The translations under genes were made by a program, and so were the position numbers. A stretch of 64,000 nucleotides of DNA from Leucoraja erinacea. Its lineage: Eukaryota. Below the pieces are notes generated by a model that saw only the letters and a list, made by a program, of their open reading frames with translations, had not been told where the DNA came from and ran no database searches. The stretch covers positions 19,654,001 through 19,718,000 of the forward strand of contig NC_073399.1 of NCBI RefSeq assembly GCF_028641065.1, written 5' to 3'. Shown here in pieces: positions 1-11,874 of this stretch; the stretch's first letter is position 1, and every line of letters begins with the position of its first letter.

Positions 1-71
1 GAGGGGATTGAGCAAGGCAGGGGTACATTGTCGGGCCTGCTGTCAGCAGGTATTGTACCCTGGGTTCCCAC

Positions 72-241
72 CTTGGGCACTGCTGCCTGAAGCACGATGT
101 TGGTGACGGGCAGGGGTGAGGTGTTGATCATGGAAATGACCACAACCAGCACATCTGGCCGTGTGGGAGGACAGTCCTTCGCAAAGTGCAGCAGGATCCT
201 GAAGCCACTCTTGTCGTATGCAGTCACTGGGAGAATACCGC
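72..241 (-). CDS. GGA3: GGA3 exon 15, GAE domain (GILPVTAYDKSGFRILLHFAKDCPPTRPDVLVVVISMINTSPLPVTNIVLQAAVPK)
   Basis: 170 nt, acceptor CAG, donor GTGGGA; cumulative CDS 1947 nt (649 codons); remaining exons are outside the window. Confidence 0.96.
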
Positions 242-620
242 CTGTGACAATGCAACACACCAGTCACTAGATGATACAGGAGAGAGATTATTCCGCCCAC
301 CCAGTCCGTTACCACTGCATGTGAGCACTATCCCACGACCCCTGTCCATTGCCATATGTGGAATTCATTGCCACTGAAGGCTGTGGAGGCCAATGGCTAT
401 TTTTAAGATGGATATTGATAGATTCTTGATTAGTACAGGTGTCAGGTGTCATGGGGAGAGGTGCAGACTTGATGGGCCAAATGGCCAAATTCTGCTCCTG
501 CAACATGAACATATCCCTATAGCACAACATCTTTTTATACTTTTGAAAACTCTTACTGAATCTGCATTATTGCCTGGTCATACAGTATATCCTAATCACT
601 GAACACACTCCATATAGAAA

Positions 621-843
621 TGTGTAGGACGGAACGGCAGATGCTGGTTTAAACCGAAGACAGTCACAAAATGTTGGAGTAACTCAGGCAGGCAGCATCT
701 CTGGAGAGAAGGAATGGGTGACGTTTCAGGTCAAGACCCTTCTCCAGTCTGAAGAATGGTCTCAACCCGAAAAAACGTCACCCATTCCTTCTCTCCAGAG
801 ATGCTGCCTGTCCCGCTGAGTTACTCCAACATTTTGTGTCCAT
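621..843. mobile_element. Fold-back Penelope-like short insertion with hammerhead-like motifs
   Basis: Inverted arms about 666-747 and 749-838; degenerate TSD ACTCCATATAGAAA (607-620) / ATTCCGTATAAAAA (844-857). Confidence 0.8.
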
Positions 844-1145
844 ATTCCGTATAAAAACTGTTCTTTGAACTGTCACCAATTACTAACATGTCTCCTCATC
901 ACTGACCCTCCTGCAGCTCCCAGTAATATTAAATAACCACTGCCGTCCATCAGCAGTGCAGGAGCCCCTCACTGCCCTCGCCTGGGCATCTGCGGAACAC
1001 ACATGGAGGACACCATATTTGTTGAGCAGTCAACTCCCTGTCCTGACAAGTTCCATTTCCGCGATCGCTGCTCTGCTGTTTGTTTACACCTGGTATCACC
1101 GCCCCATTACGCATGGCTCTGAAAGCAGAGCTTACAGATACTCAC

Positions 1146-1330
1146 TTGGTTTAATCGTCTCCAGTGGAACTAACACGTTGGCAAGTGATACTTCTGGCAA
1201 TCCAGTCCGGAGAGGACTGAGCGGCAGAGGGGAGAGGGAGCGGAACAGGGGGCTGCCCGGTGCTGCAGTAGGTGTGCATTGGCCACTGCCTCCCGATGCC
1301 CCAGCCATGATACCCATCACACGAGAAGCA
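1146..1330 (-). CDS. GGA3: GGA3 exon 14 (...PGSPLFRSLS...EVSLANVLVPLETIKP)
   Basis: 185 nt, acceptor TAG, donor GTGAGT; similar to human PGSPLF...SLASIHVPLESIKP. Confidence 0.93.
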
Positions 1331-2047
1331 CTAGGGTGAAGAACAAAAACAGACTGGTTTCCTTTGTGAAAATATCTCCTACCACATCTCTGCTCTTTGC
1401 TTAGGTTATTTTCCCAGACTGTGATCCCTCTCTAGACAGAGAGTGGTGAGGGATGTCTCTCTCTCTCTCTCCCTCTCCCTTCCCCCCTCCTTGTCGGATT
1501 CTTTACACTCAAGTCTTCCCCACTGCAGGCAAATACCAGACTGGAGGGTTTTTCAGTTATAAGGAGGTTGGATAGTCGGGGATTAGTTTCCATGTAGTGT
1601 AAAAGCTGAGGGAGACCTTATAATTTAACAAAATGATGAGGTGAGTGCTAAAGGTGGATGGTCACACTCCTTTTCATGGGGAATAGAAGTCTGAAACAAG
1701 AGGGCATGGGTTTAGTTGTGCCTGATTGTCTGATAGGAAAGATTTAAAAGGTACCTAGGGTGCAACTTTTCCACACAGAGGATGGTGCATAGAAGGAACA
1801 AGCTGCTAGAGGAAGTGGTAGAGGTGGGTACAATGACAGCATTTAAAATACATTTGGACGGGGATGAGAATAAGAAACGTTTGGAGAAACATAGGCCAGG
1901 CACAAAGCAAATGGAACAAGTGTGATTGAGGAACTTGGTGCACACGGGTAGGTTGGGCCGGGGGCCTGTTCCCTGCTTTATTTTTCTCCGACTCAATGAC
2001 CACCATAAGTAATAAAAGACAGGAAGAAGATCCACAAGTTAACTCAC

Positions 2048-2394
2048 CCTCTGAGCTCTTCTCGGTGCTTCTGATCAAACGTGTTGATGTTGAAGATGCT
2101 GCTGCTAAACATTACCGGGGAGGAGGAACCCGATTGCAGAGGTTCTCCCGCAAACATGGAGACCAAGTGAGGTGCTGGCAACATGGCAGCCGGGCTGGAT
2201 CGAGCGGCAGCTTTTACTGAGAGAGGCACAGCCGGGGCGTGTGGGAGATGTGAAGCTCCGGGCATCACCAGGAGTGACGGAGGAGGGGGCTGCTGAAGGA
2301 GACGAGCTTCCGACTGCACAAGAGGATTGGTGCAGGAGCTGGACCCAGCCGGAGCTGGGGGCACGGTGAAGGGGTTGAGAACAGTGTTGTCAAT
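2048..2394 (-). CDS. GGA3: GGA3 exon 13, Pro/Ser-rich hinge (IDNTVLNPF...KHREELR)
   Basis: 347 nt open frame, acceptor CAG, donor GTGAGT; phase 2 matches exon 14. Confidence 0.85.
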
Positions 2395-2542
2395 CTGGAA
2401 CAAGAAAGCCATGTTAGAGAGAATAAAGAACCAGACCCGGCAACATGACGCAGGATATATCAGCACCACCTGGGGAAGCGCCCGTGAAATTAAACAGGTT
2501 CAAACAGGCGGAGAGGAGGTGGTGGGTGGGTGGGTGCGCTCC

Positions 2543-2592
2543 GGGGGGGGGGTGGGGGGGGGGGGGGGGGGGGGGGATGTGGGGGGGGGGGG
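2543..2592. repeat. Interrupted poly-G tract
   Basis: Direct reading. Confidence 0.9.
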
Positions 2593-2660
2593 AGAGACAA
2601 CAAGGGTGATGGAAGGACCAGGCCGAGATTGTACAAATAAGTCAGAGGAAATGGATCTAC

Positions 2661-2731
2661 CAGAAAACTTTTCAGCTGAGGTTCCCCAGGGTCCTTGTCG
2701 ATACCATTAAACGATGGAGGATCATTCAAAC
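2661..2731 (-). CDS. GGA3: GGA3 exon 12 (GLNDPPSFNGIDKDPGEPQLKSFL)
   Basis: 71 nt, pyrimidine-rich acceptor CAG, donor GTAGAT; resembles human GLADP...; restores phase 0. Confidence 0.88.
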
Positions 2732-2770
2732 CTGAACAGGAAGAAGATTAAAGATGGTCCTGTACTAAAT

Positions 2771-3083
2771 CAGTTTAGTTTAGATTAGTTTAGTTTAGAG
2801 ATACAGTGTAGAAACAGGCCCTTTGGCCCACTGGGTCCGTGCCGGCCAGCGATCCCGCATATCAACACTATCCTACACACACTAGAGATAATTTTGACAT
2901 TTATACCAAGCCAATTTACCTACATTCCTGTACGTCTTTGGAGGAAACTGAAGATCTCGGAGAAAATCCACGCATGTCGCGGGGAGAACGTACAGACTCC
3001 GTACAGACAGCAACCCGTGGTCGGGATCGAGCCCCGGTCTCCGGCGCTACAAGCGCTGTAAGGCAGCAACTTTACCGTGTTCC
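2771..3083 (-). mobile_element. tRNA-derived V-SINE (HE1-like)
   Basis: tRNA-like head with box-B-like GGCTCGATCC, V-domain GTACGTTCTCCCCG, CR1-like tail and (CTAAA)n. Confidence 0.85.
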
Positions 3084-3574
3084 CTAATAAGCCCTGGACA
3101 TCCTATCCCACTACCTCCCAAAATGCTGATCTGTTCCCAACAACAACAGTGCACCTGCATTCCAGACTGTGCACATGCAATCCAGTCCAGAATGGGGTTA
3201 GTAGGCAAGAGATAGATCAGCCAAGATTGAATCGTAAAGTAGACTTGATGGGCCGAATGGCCTAATTCTGCTCCATCACTAATGAACAGACCAAGCATGG
3301 GTCACACTTTCGTAATGATGTGGCCCTTCCACTGGGGCGCATATGGCATCTTTTGCTTCTGGTGTAAACACCAATGAGAGCTAGGCTGTCCCAGTCTACC
3401 CAGAGTTGGTCACAAAAGAACAATAAATTATCAAAATAACAGGCAACGTTATCATGCATTCAGCTCAGATTGGGAAATCGGTTCACATGCAGTTCAGGTT
3501 GACTGGTAGGGTACTGGCTACATTACCAGACTGCTACCCAGATTCCTACACTATCGTTATAGAGATACCAGAGT

Positions 3575-3920
3575 GCTCATCTTCCCAACCTGCCTCCTGC
3601 AAAGACTCTATCGCCTACTCCCAATTCCTCCGTCTACGCCGCATCTGCTCCCAAGATGAGGTGTTCCATACCAGGACATTTGAGATATCCTCATTCTTTA
3701 GAGAACGGGGGTTCCCCTCTTCCATCTTAGATGAGACCCTCGCTCGGGTCTCCTCGGTATCCCGCAATTCCGCTCTTGCTCCCTCTCCTCCCAGTCGACC
3801 TCAACCTTTCACGCCAACAGCTGTCACATACAGCACATAATCCTGACATTTTCACCACGTCCAACATGATCCCACCACTAGCCACATCTTCCCATCTCCA
3901 CCTCTTTCCACTTCGCAGAG
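3575..3920 (+). mobile_element. Penelope-like element fragment (post-RT region)
   Basis: CKDSIAYSQFLRLRRICSQDEVF...FFRERGFP, a motif typical of Penelope-like elements. Confidence 0.8.
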
Positions 3921-4353
3921 TCTTTCTCACCCAGAATAGAGGTTTCTGAAGCTAGAGAGAGAAAAGATTACCTAACCCCCAAGCCTCAGAACTAGTCCCA
4001 GTATTGCTCATCGAACGGGAATCTCACAATACAGGACAGGGACGTATCTAGGTTCCAAGTTGTGTTGTCCCAGGCTTAGATTGTAGAGCTGCTAAACAGA
4101 ATGTTACATTTCCCATAAATAGAAAAGTGGCGCATTCCCTCCGGGGCTAAACCACAGGCTTGGTGTGGACTCATCACATCTCCCCAAACTGATTCCAAAT
4201 ATCTAAATTCAAATATTCTGACAGCATGGACATCAAGAACCCTTCCACCATATTCAGTCTAATCACCCAGACGTTCCAGTACTGTGCTGCATTGGGCCGT
4301 GCGTTATTTGCACTGCCATTCGGGTCTGCAGGCTTCAGATGCAGAGCACTTAC

Positions 4354-4581
4354 CCAGTGAAAGCAGCTCCACATCCAGCAGGTCAATGGCACTGGTCGCG
4401 CTGGGAGGTTGCTTGTTCACACTTGACAGGCCGAGCAAGCGAGAGCCAGAATCACCCGTGACGTTTGGCGGAGGAGGAATGATGGGGAATATCGGTACTG
4501 GAATGGGAACCGTCTTTGCAGAGGGCACATCTAACTCCACCAAGTCGATCAGTGTTCCTGTATCACTGGTTCCACTACGGA
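4354..4581 (-). CDS. GGA3: GGA3 exon 11, hinge (VRSGTSDTGTLIDLVELD...SAIDLLDVELLSL)
   Basis: 228 nt, acceptor CAG, donor GTAAGT; contains GTLIDL and an internal DXXLL motif as in human GGA3. Confidence 0.93.
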
Positions 4582-4836
4582 CTGCAAAGAAAAATGGGGA
4601 GCTCATGTAAAACAGCGCATCAACACCACAAACAACCTTACAGCTGCTCCGAGTAGCCAATTTTTTGAATGATTATTTAAAAGCCAACATTAATTCTCCT
4701 TTCTTCCACTGAAGTCTTTCTCCAGCCCATAGATTGTTGCACAGGACAGGAAAAACCTCTAAACCAAAGTCTACATCCCCATTGCCTACTGAGTTATAGA
4801 GAGGGGTTGGGCAGGTTCAAACTTTATTCCTTGGAG

Positions 4837-4976
4837 TTTAAGAAGGAACTGCAGATGCTGGAAAATCGAAGGTAGACAAAAGTGCTGGAGAAACTTTGGG
4901 CCAAAACGTTGTCTATTTCCTTCGCTCCATAGATGCTGCTGCACCCGCTGAGTTTCTCCAGCATTTTGGTCTACCT
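4837..4976. mobile_element. Fold-back Penelope-like short insertion nested in a CR1 fragment
   Basis: TSD TTTATTCCTTGGAG (4823-4836) / TTTATTCCTTGTAG (4977-4990); arms AAGGTAGACAAAAGTGCTGGAGAAACT and AGTTTCTCCAGCATTTTGGTCTACCTT. Confidence 0.8.
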
Positions 4977-5646
4977 TTTATTCCTTGTAGCACAGGAGGC
5001 TGAGGGGTGATCTTATATACAAGATCATGAGGGGAAAAAGTAGGGTGAATGCACAGAATCGTTTACCCAAGAACCAGAGGACAAGTTTTTCACGCAAGGT
5101 GGTGGGTATATGGAACAAGCTACCAGAGGAGGGAGTTGAGACAGGTGCTATAACAACATTTAAAAGACTTTTGGACAGATACATTTGGACAGACCGGAAA
5201 GGTTTAGAGGGATATACGCTAAATGGAGACAGGTGGGACGAGAGCATAGATGGAGCATCTTGGTTGGCATGGACAAGTTGTGCTGATGGGCCCCATTTTC
5301 ATGCTCTATGACTCCATGACTCAATGAGTTAAGTATCACCCAGGGTGTGACTGGAACATCATAGCTGTATGGTCTCTGCAACAGGTCTGGAATCCTTCCA
5401 ACTCGAGATGTGAACAGCGAAAGCACAATATTCAGAGTGTGGCTTAATCAAACTACACAGTGAAACAAACATTGGCTGCGCTTTCTACTTGTTCCATACG
5501 TACAGGCTAGTTTAAGATTAATTAGACACGAGTCATGGTCTGTAATTAGACAAGGTCAGTAAGCCTGGAAACTTAACAAATGAGAGCAAGGGTGCTGAGA
5601 ATTCCTAATTTCTGGTAGATATCATTTTGACTATTAAACAAATTAC

Positions 5647-5763
5647 CTGGTGGCTTCGGAGGTTCGGGCAAACTGAGTTCTCCATTTACAGTCTGTCCTT
5701 GAACAATCTTCTTGTAGGAGTTTATAGTACGTGAAAGGTCATCGCTTGCTTGTAGAATATCAC
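5647..5763 (-). CDS. GGA3: GGA3 exon 10 (GDILQASDDLSRTINSYKKIVQGQTVNGELSLPEPPKPP)
   Basis: 117 nt, acceptor CAG, donor GTAATT; end of GAT. Confidence 0.95.
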
Positions 5764-5884
5764 CTGAAATAAAATGGTAAAATCATTAAAGGTCTTCTGA
5801 ACCAATTAGCTACCTATCTTTCTTTTTAAATAAAGTTTTCCAGGCTGCCTGCCACTGGTTCATCTTCATTTGTTAAACAAAATT

Positions 5885-7040
5885 AAAGAGTCATTGAATT
5901 GTCCAGCACAGAAACAGGTTCTTTGACCCAACTCATCCACGCAGTCTGTTCCGATCCATGTACCTTTCTTTAAATCCCATAATGATATCCACCTCCAGAG
6001 CTTCCTCTGGCAGCTCGTTTCATATATGCACCGCCCTCTGTGTTGAAAGGTTGCCCCTTAGGTCCCCCGAGATCGTTCCCTCTCACTGTAAACCTCTGCC
6101 CTCTCGTATTAGACTCCCCTAAGCTGGGAAAAAGACTGCAACCATTCACCTTATCTGCACCCCTCATGTTAGCCTCCTATTTTCTAGAGAAAAAAAGTCA
6201 CAGCCTGTCCTTATACATCAAGCCCTCCAGACCTGGTAACATCCCCATTAATATTTTTACACCGTTTCCAGCTTGATGATATTCTTCCTATAGCTGGCTA
6301 ATGAAAATTGCAAACAATACTCGTGTGGTCTCACCAACGACTTGTTCAGTTGTAACATGACGTCCTAACTCCTGTACTCCATGTCCTGACTGATCAAGGC
6401 AAATGCTTTCCTTATCACTGTCTTCCTGCATCTCCACTTTCACGCAACTATATATTGAATCCCCCAGGTATCTCAGTTCAATTACACTCTCCAGGGCCCT
6501 GCCATTTACTGTGCAAGTCTTGCCCTAGTTTAACTTATCAATGTTTAGCATCTTACACTTGCCCGAGTTAAATAACATGTGTAATTTTTTCCCCAGATCA
6601 CACTGTAAGCTGACACACTTATCTTTAGTGCCCACTGCACAACATATTTTGGTGTCATACGCAAATTTACTATTGTTAACAACATTGTTATCCAAATTGT
6701 TAGTATAGATGACAAACAATAATGGATCCACTACCGATCCCTGTGGCACAGGCCGCCAATCTCAAAAACAACCCTCAATGTTGTTTCACCTCAGTGAAAA
6801 TAGAGCATCCCCTTAAAACGGCTACCACCGAGTCAATTTTATATCCAGTTGGCCAGGTTACTCTGGATCCCATGTGTTCTAACCTTCCTGCTCAGCCTAC
6901 CATGCTGGACCTTGTCAAAGGCCATGCTGAAGTCCACATAAACACCATTTTCCATCCCATCCTCATCGATCCCTTTCGTCACCTCCTCAAAAAAATCAAT
7001 CAAATTTGTGAGACGCCATTTCCGCTGCACAAACCAAGCT
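5885..7040 (-). mobile_element. Degraded CR1 RT and 3' fragment
   Basis: LTNLIDFFEEVT...YVDFSMAFDKV; PQGSVVDPLLF. Confidence 0.85.
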
Positions 7041-7909
7041 TCAACAAAGTCTCCATTAAACGGATGTTACATTTTTGAATGTCATCTCAGTCTCTTTTTA
7101 ACATCCAAAACCCTTCTACAGAAGATTGGTCAAAAGATCCCACAATAACACCAAAGATAAATTAAAATCTCCTTTAGTCACGGCGAAGGACAGAAAATCC
7201 ACAAAGTAAGCCAGCCAGTAAATTGTCAAAGGAACGTTTTGCATGTGGGCACTTAATCAAAACTGGTCCTTTTTTAAAAATCAGATTTGGATAGACTCAC
7301 TCTGCATTTGCTAATCTGGTATGATGCTGTGCACTATACACTGATATTTACCTCCACCCAATTCTCCCACCCCCAACATAGTTTGATGGTGTTGCTACCT
7401 CTCGGTTTGTACATGAAAGACAACCAAGGTGCGTGGTCAGTACAGAACCAGAGAAATTAAATTCCTGAGTAGTCATTGTGTAACAGAGCCAGAGTCTGCA
7501 GGTTTGATCTGGAGGAAGTTGACTGCAATCAAGGTGAGTTCTACAACTAACTTGATATCCCTAGGTTCTGTTTTCAAGTGCATATATTGTGGTTGGAGGG
7601 ATTGTGAGGGCTGCTGGTTGCTGCTTGTCGCACCTCAGTCAAAATAGTTACTTCTGCAACATTTATCGGAGCATAAAATTGGGCTCAGCAAAGTCCCTTT
7701 GGCGATCTAAGAGCTTGATGATATTTACTGTGGTGGTGTCAGCTGCATCAGGACAAGGTACCGGGGAATAGCAGGTGGTTGGTTCTCCAGTTAGAGTGGG
7801 TTAGAGTAGAGGAGAGGAGGGGTGGAAGTGAGTGGGTGTGAGATGGCCACTATGGCCATCCCCAGCTACCAACACTTTACAAGCGGAGGCAGAAACTTCC
7901 CCGACGTAC

Positions 7910-7991
7910 CTAAGCTGTTGTCATTGTCCTCCGTCTCACTCGCAATTTTGAACAACGCCCGCCTCATTTTCTCACATTGGTCGTATAGCTC
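7910..7991 (-). CDS. GGA3: GGA3 exon 9 (ELYDQCEKMRRALFKIASETEDNDNSL), GAT
   Basis: 82 nt, acceptor CAG, donor GTACGT; found by manual translation, absent from the ORF track. Confidence 0.95.
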
Positions 7992-9751
7992 CTGTAAAGC
8001 AGCAGAGCTAGAGTTATTTGGCTGCACAGTCTAACTTCAGCCTCATTACTGAACCCACTGCACCTTCTGTGTTATACTGTATACTAACCTATGGTCTTCA
8101 AAGTTGAATTACATGTCCCCTTCTCCCCACCCACCCCCTCAACCTACAATTCAAGTCACTTTGCAGAAATGCATTTAATAGCGGGCAAAGAAGTATTACC
8201 AGGAAGAGACAAAATCTTTTGTTAAAGAAGTGGTTTGAATGCAAGTCTCAGGTAGTAAAGAGACATAAAGAGGTTTCGAGAACCATTTCCAGAAAAGGAG
8301 CCCCCGCTGCCAATGTTTAGTGTGGCACAATGTGGACAAAATATCAGCGAAGAACAGAGAGTTTCAAGGGATGGACTTGCTGTGGCATTGAAAGGATAGG
8401 ATGGGTCACAAATACACTCATTTTAAAATGCTCTTCAAAAATATTGTCAGATAAAATTTGACACCCGTCTACATAATGATGCATTATGGCAAATAACTAA
8501 AGAATTGTTATTGGAAGCTTAGCTCAGGGTAAAGGCTAGGTTCTGAACAGGATGACAGCCTCAGACAGTGGCCATAGAACAGAGTGGGCTTGGTAGCTGG
8601 TGTGTGGAGTTTGTAATGGGGTACGTTTCTGCTCGACCAAGAGTGGACAAGCAGACGAAAGCCGAGGGGTTAAGAGGTAGAGCTGGTGTCGTCAACAGAC
8701 ATGTTGAGCCTGATCGGACATATTTGTCTCGTGTCACAAGTCCAAGAATGGTTCTATGCAAACTCCAAAGATGACTGCGGGAAGACAAGGAGAGAAATTC
8801 CTTGATGAGATGTTCGAGGTAGGCTTGGCCTAGATGAGTGCAGATCCACTGAGCTGGGCAACGAAGCAGGATAGCAGGCTTGACCATGTCAGAATTGGAA
8901 AGAGACCAAGGAAGATGATACATTCAAGGGACATCATTTGTAACTAATTGGAGATAATGCAGTAAGTATGAGACCTGACAGGAGTGGTTCAAGCATGGGA
9001 GATGTAGAGAAAATTAGCATAGGTTTGGGATGACAATACCATGAAGAGCTGTTGTCATGGAAATGGAAGTCTGTGATGGGGACAGAGGGCTTACAGGAAC
9101 AGAGGAGTTAAGGTTGGGGTTATGATAGCACACCCAGAGAACATACCCAAGGGGAGGGAATTGTTCATATCCACTCATGTGGGGATAGGAAAAAAAAATA
9201 AGTCAGGTTCATCAGCAGTTTAGTGGAAATAGTCAAGGAGCAGAAGATGGGTAATACCAGCTTGGGAAGGGCATGAGAGATGAAACAGCATCAGAGTTTG
9301 GGCTGATGGTGCCTTCAAAAAGATTTGACCAGCCAGAATAATGAGAGAGGCAGAAAGCTAATTGAATAAATGGTCTCAGTTCGAGATTTTTTTTTTTTAA
9401 TATGTGGAGGTAGGCAAAGGAGGATTGAAAAGGTGGTTTTAGCAAAGACTAGTCAGTGATCACCACTGTATTCAAAGGTGATTCTGGGGAATGTGCAGTC
9501 GTCTTGGCTTAATAACTCCTGATATGGTTCAGCAAAATCAGCTGACAGAACCATTGAAAGCCACACACCTTGGAACTGAGGAGTGGACATGGGGCCGGCC
9601 ACTCCTGGTTGTGCAAGTGTTGGGATTGTGGCGGTCAGAGGATTGGACAGGACATACACTGCTGACATAAAGGATACAAGGTAAAGGGAGAGCTAAACAG
9701 ATTCACAGCTGTAAACACATTGCGGCATGAAGAGGGATAAGCAAGAAGTAA

Positions 9752-9982
9752 TGTGTAGGGAGGAACTGCACATGTTGGTTTAAACCGAAGACAGACACAA
9801 AATGCTGGAGTAACTCAGCAGGTCAGGCAGCATCTCTGGAGAAAAGGAATAGGTGATTTTTCGGGTCGAGACCTTTCAGACTGAGAGACTCAAAGAGTCT
9901 CGTCCCTAAATATCACCTATTCCTTTTCTCCAGAGATGCTGCCTGGCCCGCTGAGTTACTCTGGCTTTCTGTATTTGTCTTT
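9752..9982. mobile_element. Fold-back Penelope-like short insertion
   Basis: Perfect TSD AGCAAGAAGTAA (9740-9751 / 9983-9994); inverted arms centred near 9885. Confidence 0.85.
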
Positions 9983-10217
9983 AGCAAGAAGTAACTTGGA
10001 TTGAGGCCTGAGAAAGAAGGTTGCACATCTCCAAGATGTGAAAAGAACAGGCAACTGAACTACACCAAATCAATGGCGATGGATGAATATGCGTTTAGAC
10101 GAGTGGCTGCTTATGAGTTTGTTGGGCGAGAAGAGTTTGAGGGTCGAGATTACTGAATTGTATCTGGACAACAGAGTGGTGACGAGGTTTGAAGTGTGGA
10201 GGTGAAGTTAGCGTTAC

Positions 10218-10355
10218 CATCATCAACTCTTTGTCCCCTTCTGTTGAATCATCCTTGCAGTAATGGGCCAACATTTCATTCAAAAGACGAACATTATTGT
10301 TCACCTCCTCCAGAGTGTTCATGCGTTTTGTTATTTTCTGCATTCGAGCTTCATC
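10218..10355 (-). CDS. GGA3: GGA3 exon 8 (DEARMQKITKRMNTLEEVNNNVRLLNEMLAHYCKDDSTEGDKELMM), GAT
   Basis: 138 nt, acceptor CAG, donor GTAACG. Confidence 0.96.
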
Positions 10356-11105
10356 CTGTGAAAAGTGCAGAAGCAAAAAAAAAAAACCCTCAAAATTAGG
10401 AACATGATCCATTCTCAACACACTCTGCAATGCTGCATGCAGCACACCCCCAGCATCACCAGGCCCATCGCGTGGTGAGCCTGTGGAATTCTTCACCACA
10501 CAAGCTGTGGAGGCCAACAAGCTCAAAGTATTAAGAAGAAATTGGTATATTTCTTGAGATAAAAGGATCATGCTCTGTGTGGAGAGAGCAGGAATAGAGG
10601 CCAACCACAATTATACTGAATAGTACAGCAAGCGTGAATGGCCAAGTGATCTGCCCTTGCTCCTATTTTTCTATATGTAACTCTAATCTAACACTATGTA
10701 TGCAGTAGGATGCTGATGATCCACAGACTTGGACCACTGATTCAGCAATGATGGTTTGAACCCAAGAAGAATGAGTACCCTGTACGAGTCTCCAAACCCA
10801 CAAACATAGCTCAAAGTCCATTAGCAATGGGCAACAAAGTTGGTCTTGTCAACGATGTCAGTGGGAAAGTGAAGATCCAACAAAATGCTCCCTACAGATA
10901 CACAGGTGGATGTACCTATCTGGCCATCTGCTCACATCCTCATCTAATCAGTTTCTTGCCTCAGCCTCTACCTTCCCAACCCTACTCTGGTTGGAAGTGG
11001 AACTATTTCTCTCTCCATCTTGCCAAATACAGTCCTCCCCACAGGCATACATTATGAATCTCATTCTTCATTTTACATCCAGCTACCTCCCCATCCTCCT
11101 CTTAC

Positions 11106-11186
11106 CTCCTTCACCATGTTCTTTATCAGTTTATTGGCCTCCTGGAGATCCTCGGGCTTTCTGCTTTTCAGTAACCTGGCTAATAG
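11106..11186 (-). CDS. GGA3: GGA3 exon 7 (LLARLLKSRKPEDLQEANKLIKNMVKE), N-GAT Arf-binding region
   Basis: 81 nt, acceptor CAG, donor GTAAGA. Confidence 0.96.
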
Positions 11187-11635
11187 CTGAAAAACAGCAT
11201 CAAATTTGAAAGTTCCTTTTGAATTACACGATGATGAACAAAACATTGCAGAGACTTGAAGCAACCAACCCCACCCTCACCTCATCCCATAATGGCATTA
11301 TAGCAGAGATTACAATATTGACAATAATCCTGGACGAACAGTCCATCCACCCTCGATGCACGTCATCGGTTCCACCTCCTACCCACATTTCGCTCCAGGA
11401 TGCTAGTCTCTTCCTCCCCACCATCCATGCTCTTCAACACAGGGCACCAAGCCTCCCTGCCGAGATCGATGGCCCCACCCTTGCACCAGATGCCGGTCCC
11501 TCCATTAATCTAATTCTCAGCCCAGGTCCTGGTCGCTCTCTCTCCTTTCATTCTGGGACACTGGTCCTTCTCCCCCACCCCTCTGGTTTTCCCCTTCCCC
11601 ACTCATCCCAGGACAACAGTCCCTCCCATTCCACC

Positions 11636-11636
<1 letters not shown>

Positions 11637-11683
<47 letters not shown>
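11637..11683. repeat. Poly-C homopolymer (about 47 nt)
   Basis: Direct reading. Confidence 0.9.
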
Positions 11684-11874
11684 ATGGCCATGGCCCAGGC
11701 CCTGGCGATTCCCTCTCCCCTCATCCGAGGCTGCTGTTTCTCTTCCTCCCCCATCGTGACAGGGTGCTGTTCCCTCCTTGCCCTCTCAGCCCAAGCATCT
11801 CGTACCCCTCCCTCCCCACTGAGCCAAGATTAGTGGGGAATGAAGGAGATTTTATTTTTGCTGATATCTTTAAG

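Noticed and set aside
666-838. Fold-back read as a pre-miRNA or a DNA-transposon MITE
   Set aside because: The arms match the Penelope-like terminal module found singly elsewhere, the inverted repeat is not terminal on both sides, and TSDs are long and variable.
4267-4325. Apparent mini-exon DPNGSANNARPNAAQYWNVW just after GGA3 exon 11
   Set aside because: It would need a 28-nt intron; the 71-nt exon at 2661-2731 fits the expected sequence and phase better.
8200-9700. Possible very old L2-type LINE remnant
   Set aside because: Too decayed to assign boundaries or family by eye.
11219-11833. 204-aa poly-proline ORF
   Set aside because: Product of a poly-C run and C-rich intron sequence antisense to GGA3.
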